Assembly: GCA_030704615.1 (NCBI GenBank)
Contig: CM060732.1
Span: 35,650,001 to 35,714,000 of the forward strand
Source of the DNA: Takakia lepidozioides
Lineage: Eukaryota; Plantae; Bryophyta
Direction: 5' to 3'
Length of the DNA: 64,000 nucleotides
Within the stretch, counting starts at the first letter, position 1, and each line of letters starts with the position of its first letter. The translations under genes and the position numbers were made by a program. Positions 11,999-21,533 of the stretch are shown one piece after another. Under the pieces are notes generated by a model. The model was not told the origin of the DNA, did not search any database, and worked only from the letters and a program-made list of their open reading frames with translations.

Positions 11999-12690
11999 CG
12001 AAGTCTCATTTGGATCCTTTTGTTGTACAGTTCTGAAACACTTAATGAAAATATTGACGATTTGAAAAATCATTGTGTTCAGACTGCTTGTCCGATTCCC
12101 TACATTTCTTCCGCCAACCAAAATGTATAATAAAAGCAGAAGAGACGCAAACTTCAGTGAAGAACCCTACAAGTAATTTATGCACACCATCGAGCCGAGA
12201 ACTTGAAGCCATGAAAACCCTGCCGTTTCTAACATTCCTATTGGGAAATTTGGCGCCGAAATAGCCCAGTGCGCGCCTTCGTTATATGGGCCTCAAAAAT
12301 TCCACGGATGAATTACTGTACCAAAATATCGCGATGGAAGCCTTTAGCACAAGGCACTTCAGCACATTCCACTTGGGTATTTTGGCGCCCAAATAGCCCG
12401 TTCTGCGCCATTAAATACCGCACTATATCACATTTTAAGAGGTAATTTCGGTGCAGAAATACCCCGGTGGATGTCTTCAAAACACCATTTTAGCATACTT
12501 CTCTTGGGAATAACGGCGCCGAAATACCTCATTCCGCATCCTGGACCAGGAGAAACAGACCCTATTACCGAGGTAAGAGGACATAACACCGTCAATAAAG
12601 GCAGGAAAATTCCAATTCCGCAGATGCCCGCTCATGAGCTAATAGGCTCATAGGCTCATGGGCTCATGCGCTCATGAAATAGTAAACCTC

Positions 12691-13600
12691 AAATCCTTGC
12701 TCGTACCCCACAATGGAGTGTGAGCAACCAGGGCAGGCAACTCCGCCATACCATGCATGTCATCCTGTTCTGCTGGAGGTGGCACATCTTCTGCATGGGC
12801 ATTGCCTTCCAGCAACTCTCCAGGCCAACTAATTGCAGCTGTAAAGGCGGCTAGTGTTGGCATGTTGCCTCGCTGGGCAGCCGCAATACCCCCAATGAAT
12901 GTCACAGGGAGCTGTGCACGACGACCATCCCCTGACTGCCATCCAGGCCTATAGAATGCTGACTCCTCCCAAAAGTCCAGGGTGAAGCCCATGGGGTATA
13001 ACATTGCCTTACCAACGAGGACATCGTAAGAAACCGCGTCTGTCACAATGGCCTTGGCTCGCATTACTGAGCAATCGATAGGATGATCCGGCTACAGTCT
13101 AATGGCCAACTGATGCCGTGTCATGCCCCGAGCCTGCTCTGATCCTCCCAGAGATGTCTGTATCTGGAAAGGACAAGGCTCCATATCCGCCTCGATAAGG
13201 CCCAAACCTGCAATAGCAGCTCTGCCCAACATCAGTGGCTGAGCTCCCGAGTCCAACAAGACCCGCAGTGGCCGATACTTCTTGCCTGCCGGTCCACTCA
13301 AAGAGAAAATATCATCCTGGTTGTCTAACAAGACAACTCCAGGTGTCACCATGGCGCGCTCAAAGGCTGGCCTAGCTGGCAGCTCCGTCAACCTGGCAGC
13401 TGCAGCTTGCCAGGGCCCAGCCGTGGCAGTCTTGACCCTCAAATCCAAGGATCCCTCTGCCACTACACCTTCTACTAACTCCGCAGAAGATGAAGTGACC
13501 TCCCCACTCTCACAGAGTGTTGCTGCTAGTCTGAACACTGCAGCTGGTCTTACCCCGGCGTCGCAATCATGGTTGCCGAGAACAGTGGGGCTTGACACAC
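12691..13600 (-). pseudogene. Aspartic protease and linker of the polyprotein
   Basis: VLLDSGAQPLMLG ... YDVLVGK; stop at 13092. Confidence 0.85.
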
Positions 13601-13635
13601 AGAGGTGGCTGCCCCCAATAACACACCAACTACAC

Positions 13636-15492
13636 TAGCCTTGGTAGCAGGTGTCAGTGCTGCACGTGTAGCTCTCCCCAATGGCATAGTACCCTCCGCC
13701 TCGGTAACAGTCGGGCGAGAACTAAGTGCCATGGATGGCGTTGACATTGTCTCCGCCAAGGTGAATGACTGAGGCAGCCTTGCCTGACGGCTTGCCTCCC
13801 CACGTTGTGGATCCAACTCCACCTCTGCACCTCGTGGCTCAGGAACTCGTGCTGCTCCTCGAGTCACGGCTGCAGCAGACTCCACCTGCTCTAGTGGTAG
13901 TGCTGCTCCGCACATGAATCCCATGCCTCCCATATCTCCTCCCTCAGGAGTAGGAGGTGGACCATCCGCCTGGGAGCCGGTACCGCCTGAGCTATAGCCA
14001 TGGCAGCGAGCCTCTGCTCTAGTTGCTGAAGCCGATTGGCCATGCCTTGGTCAACACCCTGACCTCCGCGTCCTTGGCCATGTGGAGCTTGCCCTTGGCC
14101 TGCACCTCGTGCCCGACCACCTCGTCGTCTTTGGGCTGGTCCACCTCGCCCCCGGCCACCGTTATTCCCTTGGAACTGGCCTGGGCGCAACTCAGGATGC
14201 AAGTCATAACACTGGGCATCTCCATGCCCATACTTGCCGCAATGCCCACACTGCAACTATGCAGGCTGTGCTTGTGCCGGCCTTTTGCCACTCTCTGGGC
14301 AATCTCTCTTGACATGGGGTCCTCCACATGTCCAACATATCACCCCTGGTTGCTGTTGGCCTGCAAAAGATGCCACGGGCCTTTGCACCTGAGGTCCCTT
14401 GTAAGCTCCATGGAACTTGGGCTGGGCAACCTTGCCCCCCTGACCACGCTGTTGGGCAGTCCTTTGTGCCTGTGGGCTGACAGCTGTGCCCCGTGCAGGC
14501 ATGTCCTGGCCAAATCCAATTGTAACAACTCGCTCCTCCACCATGTTGAGCTCAATCCGCTCAGCCAGCAGAAACACATTTGCTAATGTGGGTTGGGCTA
14601 CTTGTAACAGGGTTGCATCTCGCACCCTTCTCTTGAGCTCCTTGTCCAGAATTCCATACCAAAACTGGATTGCCTGAGCTTCAGTAACCCCTTGGGTCAC
14701 ACTTATCAAGCGCCTCATATGAGTGTACGCCTCTCGCAGACTCTCACTAGGTTTGCGCTGGAAGTCTTGCAAACTTCGCAGTTTCTCTGTCCGTATACCT
14801 TGGTAGTTCCTCCGCAACTCCTGGAAGAACTCCACCACCGGGTTGAATCTAGGCACATGTGTTGTAGTCGTGGGAGGAGGAGTAGTAGCACTTTTTGAAC
14901 TGGTACCACCTACAGAAGTACCAACACTACTTGCTCCACTACTAGTGCTGGCAGTGTGAGCTATTGGTACTAATGCAGCTACTGGTCGCGTCGTGCCTCG
15001 AGTAATGGAGACGTAGTCAGGTGAACAATACATCCTCCACTCCTCAATCTCTGCTTCATGTCCTTGCCTGAACTCGTGGTAATCGTCCATAGGCGGGCCT
15101 TCCAAATGCTGGAACAGTCCCTTCCACGCCATGAATGGGGTGAATAGCTGTGGATTGCGCATCTGCTACAAATCACACCAGCTGTCGAACTCCTGGATAA
15201 AGTCATCCAACTCGATTGTGCCCACAGCTCCAGAGTACCTACAAGGCCCCTTGGTAGCTCCATACATCTCCTCCATGTCGTCCCACAACAATGGCGAATG
15301 AAAGTGCATACCTGTTGATGAAGCCTCCGAGTCTGTGTCTGACTCTACAGTAATTGAGGGTGGCGGTGAAGGCGGTCTGAACCGAATACCTCGTCTTGTG
15401 AACCCACTCTCACTGTTACTGCCTGTAGCCGTACTCCCCTCAAAACCCTTGGGTAACTCCGTAATGACACTCACAATGTGCACCTCCTCCAC
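13636..15492 (-). pseudogene. gag with two zinc knuckles
   Basis: Retrotrans_gag-like LQDFQRKPSESLREAY; CWTCGGPHVKRDC and CGHCGKYGHGDAQC; stops at 15166 and 14257. Confidence 0.85.
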
Positions 15493-16011
15493 GTGACACT
15501 ATAAGGCTCTAGTACTAATCTAATAGTGACACGGGTGGGCACCTGTTGCAGTTTAAGGGTCATATCCCAATGGCCCAAGGCACCTGCACTTGCATCCACC
15601 GCAAGAACTCCTATGGTTGGCTGGTCATCAACCCAGCCTCACCATAGAAGAAACACTGGTGGTCTTACTGGTCATCACTCCAGCCTCACCACCGACAGCA
15701 TACTCTAGGATTGACCGGTGATCAAATCCGGCCTAATCCCTATGAAAGCAAGCACCCACACAAAACCAACATGGCGCACAGTCAAGCATGCAGGTGTTGG
15801 GGGGGATCCAAACACAAGAAATCAAAACATCAACACCCCCACACCAAAATCCAGCTGCAATGCTGATCCTGCAGAATATCCCAGCCCAAAACCCCGGACT
15901 GACTGGCCTCCACCAAGAGAGGCTTTGGCAACTACGAGTACAAGGTAATGAAAATAGTACAGAGATGGAGGGGAAGAATAGAAGCCCGCCCAAGCAAGAT
16001 CTAATCCTGAT

Positions 16012-16761
16012 CTATGCTATCAACTTCCAGACTTCTCTCAAAGTGCCTCGCTCTGCTTGATGATAAGGTGTAGGAGGTATATCTATGTCCAGAAACCTGC
16101 CACTAACCTTGTCCCAAGCTACAGTAGCTTGCTCTAACCAACCCTCCTCCTCTTTCTGCCAGGTAGAGACAAAGCAACACTCTGCTATCTCCCGCTCACT
16201 GAACACTAAAGAAAACAAAGGTAGGGTTTGATAGTCTCTCAACTCGAAAACTTTGAGATGGTTGCGGGTGTCCTCATTGCGAATGACTGCATCTCCTTCA
16301 AACAGAACAAACTTGTCCTCGCTAATGAACCCCCGCTCGTGGTTGCCTTGTGCAGAGCGTGTCCGGCTGCAACGTTGTCTGATTGCACAAACTTGTGTAG
16401 CTTCTGCTCCTCTGCTCCAGTACACCACAACCTTGTGGCTGAACACCTTGGTCCCCGGGGCTGTCTTTGGCTGTGTTCCAAGCCTAGCTTTCACCCACTT
16501 TGGTATTTCACCTACAGCTGCAGAACTGCTAGCTCCAACAGAGTTCTGACTGTCCAAGGCGTTATTGAGGCCCTCAATGCCAACTACAGCAGTATGTTGT
16601 CTACTGCTAATGCCTGACTCCCAGTATGCAATCAACTCGTCCAACTGTTCTCCACTCAAATCAGTCTGAGTTCCTTGGGAAACATAAATCCTGTCCCCTT
16701 GTGTGCACAGGCTAAGAGAAGAGACCTGCCCTTCAATTACGTCCTCATTTCCCCCAGCCAT
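16012..16761 (-). CDS. Additional intact ORF (249 aa, unknown function) upstream of gag
   Basis: Uninterrupted ATG-initiated ORF in element sense orientation. Confidence 0.6.
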   Translation of the reverse strand: MAGGNEDVIEGQVSSLSLCTQGDRIYVSQGTQTDLSGEQLDELIAYWESGISSRQHTAVVGIEGLNNALDSQNSVGASSSAAVGEIPKWVKARLGTQPKTAPGTKVFSHKVVVYWSRGAEATQVCAIRQRCSRTRSAQGNHERGFISEDKFVLFEGDAVIRNEDTRNHLKVFELRDYQTLPLFSLVFSEREIAECCFVSTWQKEEEGWLEQATVAWDKVSGRFLDIDIPPTPYHQAERGTLREVWKLIA

Positions 16762-18128
16762 GCAAGGAGGACATCCACAGATTTGTCTCTCAAATAGACC
16801 AGAACAGGTTCTAGAAACAAAATTGTGGATCTTTCACGGCACACTCACACTCTAAAAATTCCATAGATTTTTAGCAGAGTCCCAAAAACAAAAACCAGGT
16901 CTAGCTAGGTAGATATCCCCTTTCTGCAGCTATCCCCCCAAAAATTGAGTCAATTTGACAAAGTTATGACCAACCAGGCTCTAAATCATTTAAATTAGAT
17001 CAAAGTTTTTATTTTTATAACACCAAAACGTTCCCGCCATTAAGAACCGTTCCCAAGTTTCATTTGTGGTTACGGGTGCACCACAGGCTCGCTCTCTTAG
17101 TGAGCTGCTTTGCTCCAGCGACGACTCTCGAGCTCGGGTGTATGGTTGTGGCGATGGCGATGGCCTGTGCAGCGTCAGGCATCTGTTTCCCGTGATGCAA
17201 GTACTCGAGCCATCCCTAATGTAGGGACAAGCCCTGATGATACTCTGTCAGAACCTGGTGGGCAGCTGCCATCTGCACTTGCTCTCTCTTCAGACAATCT
17301 TCGGACCTAGTGTCAAATGTGGAAGTGGTGAAGGAGTTTATTGACAAAGGCAACTGTGTTGGACTATCCAGAGAGTAGAGAGTAACCAGATCAGCTTCGT
17401 CATTTTGTTGAAGCTTGGAGCATAGATCTGCATACTTCGATAGGGCAAGGCACTATCTCAATTCAGGTAGCGATCATGTTCAATGTAGGAGCATACCCGA
17501 TAGCGGTATACTGATCCACCGCAACATCCCCGTTGGACTTGTCTGCAATGTTCCCTGCAGCTTTGCAAGCTCGTGTACCGAGTGTCTGGCCAAGTTGGGC
17601 AGCAACAACGTTCAAACTGGCCACAAAATTCAAGGTTGGATAACCACTCACTCCATATCTCGGTGACAGTCTCCTTCATTCATCTGTGATTTGGGAAAGA
17701 AAAGCGGCTGCAGATCTCCTAACAGCTCGTTGCTGGAAACCATTATGTCCCCCAAATGGATGCAAAGGTCACAGGTCTCCTCTGTCTCTGAGCTATGTTG
17801 GGTGGACTTGCTGGAGGGAAAGGTTGCTGGTCATTCCAACTGACACCAAGCATTTCAGTTCAGCCTTCTACCCGGCCGGCGCTGCTGTTGCTGTCCTCCC
17901 AGCCAATGTCCCCAACCCCGTGCTTGCAACCCTACGCCACCACGCTACCTCCCTGCAGCTCCAACACATGATTAGAATCCCAGTTCTTCACATACACCGC
18001 CATCCTCCGAATTCAGATGAATACCAGCATACTGGCTCGCACATTGCACATATTGCGTCTTCCACCGAAGATAGAATAATTATTGGTGAAGGTGAGTATC
18101 AATCGTATTCCCTGTCTCTTGGCTTCAG

Positions 18129-18735
18129 CTACCACAAAGCCGAGTGCATCCCTTCCATTTCACCATGTTTGCTTGAGCGTGGAGCGGGAGCTTGAGCGTG
18201 GAGCTTGTAGAGCGGGAAAGCTTGAGCTGAGCAGATGAGGTGTTTCCTCACTTCCTTGGTCATAACTGTCATATAATGAACACTCCATTGGCCGTGTTGA
18301 AGAAGCTTAATCCATGCAGCTTCAGCAGCACTCAGGTAGATAATCCGCATGTTGGGTTGAATGTTTTCAACACTGTAAGCGGGCTTTTTGCATCGTTACT
18401 CTTCTTCGATTCTTTCGAGATAACCCGTGATGCGGAGCGCGATGTTGTGCCATGGCTGCCAGAGCTCCCTTTCCCGTACACTCTCCACTGCTCCTCACCT
18501 TCTTTCTACAAATCGCTTCTCTGTCTATATTGCTTTAACAAGGTCTGGATTTGTCACCATTGGACTGACCAGGTACAGCAAAGGCTATAGAGCAATCTGC
18601 CTCTTGCGGTGCTCCTGTACAGTTGCAGTTATAGCGACGCACCGAGTGCCCAACTTGCAACAGCTTTGCAACCGCAAGCGTTTGTTCCCTTGTCACAACC
18701 ACACTCTTGCATGCATGTTGCATACAGTCTTCCAC
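18129..18735 (-). pseudogene. Possible decayed second extra ORF in the element leader
   Basis: Coding-like frame broken by TAG/TGA/TAA codons, each reachable by a single C>T change. Confidence 0.3.
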
Positions 18736-18935
18736 CTCCGGAGAAGAAGTCCAGGGACAGAGTTACGGTTGTCAGCAGCTACCAACAGACACAGTCTTCC
18801 TTACATTTGCGCATCATCTTGCTGCTCCACCAGCCTTGTCACAAACATAATCTACCATAATTTTCTTCTGTCACTTCCAAAACAAAAAACCACAAGTGCT
18901 AAACTAAACTCACCTCTGGCACTCACAGATGCAAG

Positions 18936-18950
18936 TCATCTCTCTCGAGT
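18936..18950 (-). promoter_or_regulatory. Candidate self-priming primer-binding site
   Basis: Perfect 15-nt reverse complement of 19138-19152 within repeat B; no TGG-type tRNA PBS here. Confidence 0.75.
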
Positions 18951-19304
18951 GATTGAGAAAGCTAAGAACACACACTCTCAACACAAGAAATATGAAATCC
19001 ATCGCTATCACTATTTGAATTAGTAGTCGAGCCAGGGGCACCCCAAGCTATGGGGACTCCACCCCACAACAACCTACACTCCCATCATGAGTACACTCAG
19101 ATCTAAACGCATGCAGGAGCTCGGTCGCGCAGGCTCAACTCGAGAGAGATGAGCCACGCGACTGCCGCTCTCGTGAAGATAAGGCCGTTCAGGTGTCAAA
19201 CTAAACTTGACACCTGATTTAACACTTGACCTAAATCCAAGTGTTAAATACAAATAACTAGCTTTATTCTAGTTGTTTTCACACTGTGCTTATTTAACTT
19301 GACA
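18950..19304 (-). repeat. Terminal repeat B, 5' copy
   Basis: Direct repeat of 106-460; not accompanied by an A copy. Confidence 0.95.
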
Positions 19305-19501
19305 TGTCCACTGGCTGTTCCTCTTGTAAAAGTTATTCACTCCAGGAAAAACAACTATGTATTTGCTGACAGGTGCAGAAATTCAATGAAAGAATCAGGT
19401 AATCTTAAGTGGACTGCTATGTTCATGGTTTTCCACAACTGAAGTAGCTACTGCTCAGTGATGGCTCCCCAAATACTACAGACTTGACGTAAGAATCTTA
19501 C

Positions 19502-20510
19502 ATCAACATTGTAAACAACCCCTATGTCAATCTTGTGAGCGCACTTGTCCCTTATGGCCACCTCCATCCCAACAGCATTGTGGAAGGACAAGTAACGCAC
19601 ATAGACGTCATGCTCCAAGGTGAACGAGAACTCCCTCCTCCCGAAAAAGGAGGGGTTGCACCCTGCATGCTTTCCATCTGTAGACCCCACACATGCAAAA
19701 TTGCAGCCCCTTCTCTCCTGAGGACAAGCCATCTCAAATCATTGCTTCAAGTGTAAACGGCTGCTAAAAGTCACAACTCATAGTTAGAGCAACAAAGAAG
19801 TGAAAGTGCGACTTGTAACAGCTACAGTTCCCTTACTAAAGTCATCCACTCCACTTCAAATTCCTACAGGTCTCCGTATATGCTAAAAAAAAACCTTTTC
19901 TAAGTCCAAGGAAAGCTCAAAGAACTTAAATGCAAAAGAAAGCAGGGTACAAGACAGAATGTTGAACAAGGAGTCCAAACGCAGCTACTCTAAGGTGGTA
20001 AACAAACAAAGAGAGATGACGAACTCCCGAGTCATTGACAAAGACCACATTGTTTGGGAATTTACCTTGTCCATATGACAACCACTTGTGCATCTCTGCG
20101 TAAGGAAACAACCTTCCTGGTAGCACATCAAACATGTGAGCTCAATGTACGGGCCTGGAATGCAAATGTACGAAAACAGGCGATTCGCATCAACATCAAC
20201 AATAACGTCTGAATGAGATGGCAAAGAGACCTAGCAGCTCAAAATGGCAGACCGGGCAGATCAGACGCATTGTGCGTGTACACGTGCTGAATTCATGTGG
20301 AGTCGACCGATGAGATTATGACCAGACATAAACTCGGTCCTGCAATTCACACCGTCAGACCATCCAAGACTTACCATAATAAAGCCGCAAATAGTCAGGG
20401 CTAAATCCTTCACACAGCTGGCGGGTTTCTGCAGTGTCTTTATTCGCATCATCGTTCTCGTCAAACTTCGCGCGGTCCTCATCCATGGGCTCCGGGGGTT
20501 GTTCTCCCAT
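19502..20510 (-). CDS. PRIM1: DNA primase small (catalytic) subunit, exons 1-3 (20510-20375, 20116-20066, 19677-19502); remainder expected left of the window
   Basis: YLRLYYGRLFPY..KWLSYG; FFGRREFSFTLEHDVYVRYLSF..KIDIG; GT-AG junctions in phase. Confidence 0.9.
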
Positions 20511-20605
20511 GGTCCTCGATTCAAGTGAATACAAATGACTCTAGAGATAAGGAAAATGAAGGTACATTTCAGCTACCGTCCAGTCCCTCACAGACTGGTG
20601 AACAA

Positions 20606-20933
20606 TGTTGTGTATTCTGCGGCTACATTCACAGCAAACAACAGACTAGATTTACAGAGACATTCTCAATATCCTCCTCGGAGCTCCAGTGTAACACGCA
20701 ATGGACCCCTTTCTCACAAGCGGACCAAGAAAAAAGGAAGAGTGCAAAGAGAGGATGAAAAAATTGGGAAATGATTGCTGGCTGGAGAGGCTTCCTTAGG
20801 GATGAGCTCACTCTATCATCCGTGGGGACACATCCATTCAGTTTTCATCCCCGTGAATCATCTATCTCCTCGGAGTCCATGGGAGTCTCAATGGATGTAT
20901 GAACCCAAGAACTTGGATGTATAATAAAGTTTT
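20606..20933 (+). repeat. About 330-bp direct repeat; second copy at 27969-28294
   Basis: Alignable by eye; the two copies bracket the Crinkler-like gene. Confidence 0.85.
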
Positions 20934-21533
20934 TCCACGTAGTAGATGAATGTATCTAGATTGGGGTGCCTCGTGAGGGTTCAGCTGATTCACGGTGCTC
21001 GGCCAGCTCCTGTGACATGGCCCAACTGCGATGCCATTTGCGGTTTTGCCACTCTTTTGCCAATTTGCATGCTGCACTGTCTTGCAAAAATCTTAGGCTA
21101 AAGCAGAGCGGTTAGCTTAAATTAAACATGGCGCTTGGGGCTGGCTAAACCTATCGTGGAGACTCATATTGCATCCGCGCTACTGCCTTTTGTGAACACT
21201 ACGGGCAAGAGATGTGGATATGGAAGCGATGTTTTATAGAGTTCTGGATTAGCAACAACCGGTGCATGACCAAGAGAATAAGTGGAGCGTGTCAGTGGAC
21301 TCGAAGAAGACAGAGAGACGCCATGGCCATATAGACTGATTTCTAGCTTAGTAACAAAAAAGAGAATTATGTGGTGTAGATTGTAATAGCAGTGTGACTG
21401 GCCTTTGATTGAATGGACTAAGAGCAGAGACGAGCGAACGTGGAAATGGTGGAAGCGCGTGGCAACTGAGAGCTTTACAACCTCAGTGCTACTTGCTTTC
21501 TGGTTGATAAGTATTTTGTTACTATACCCCTGC

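Larger units (their letters stand above)
5342..12690. mobile_element. Mutator-like DNA transposon, probably non-autonomous, nested in pol between PR and DNMT
   Basis: 9-bp TSD AAATCCTTG (5333-5341 and 12691-12699). Imperfect TIRs GGGGGTTGCTATTCCATGAG / GAGGTTTACTATTTCATGAG with subterminal CATGAG repeats. Removing it restores the frame TSKDL-QQVAD. Confidence 0.85.
19..19304 (-). mobile_element. Ty3/Gypsy-type retrotransposon (extra ORF-gag-PR-DNMT-RT-RH-INT-PHD) with split terminal repeats; degenerate copy
   Basis: TG..CA ends. TGTC is duplicated at 15-18 and 19305-19308. Repeat B occurs at 106-460 and 18950-19304 (3 mismatches). A PPT precedes the 3' repeats, and the domain order is Gypsy-type. 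Confidence 0.92.

Noticed and set aside
19-19304. DIRS/Ngaro/PAT tyrosine-recombinase element
   Set aside because: No YR motifs were recognised; a protease, a DDE integrase, TG..CA ends and a TSD are present.
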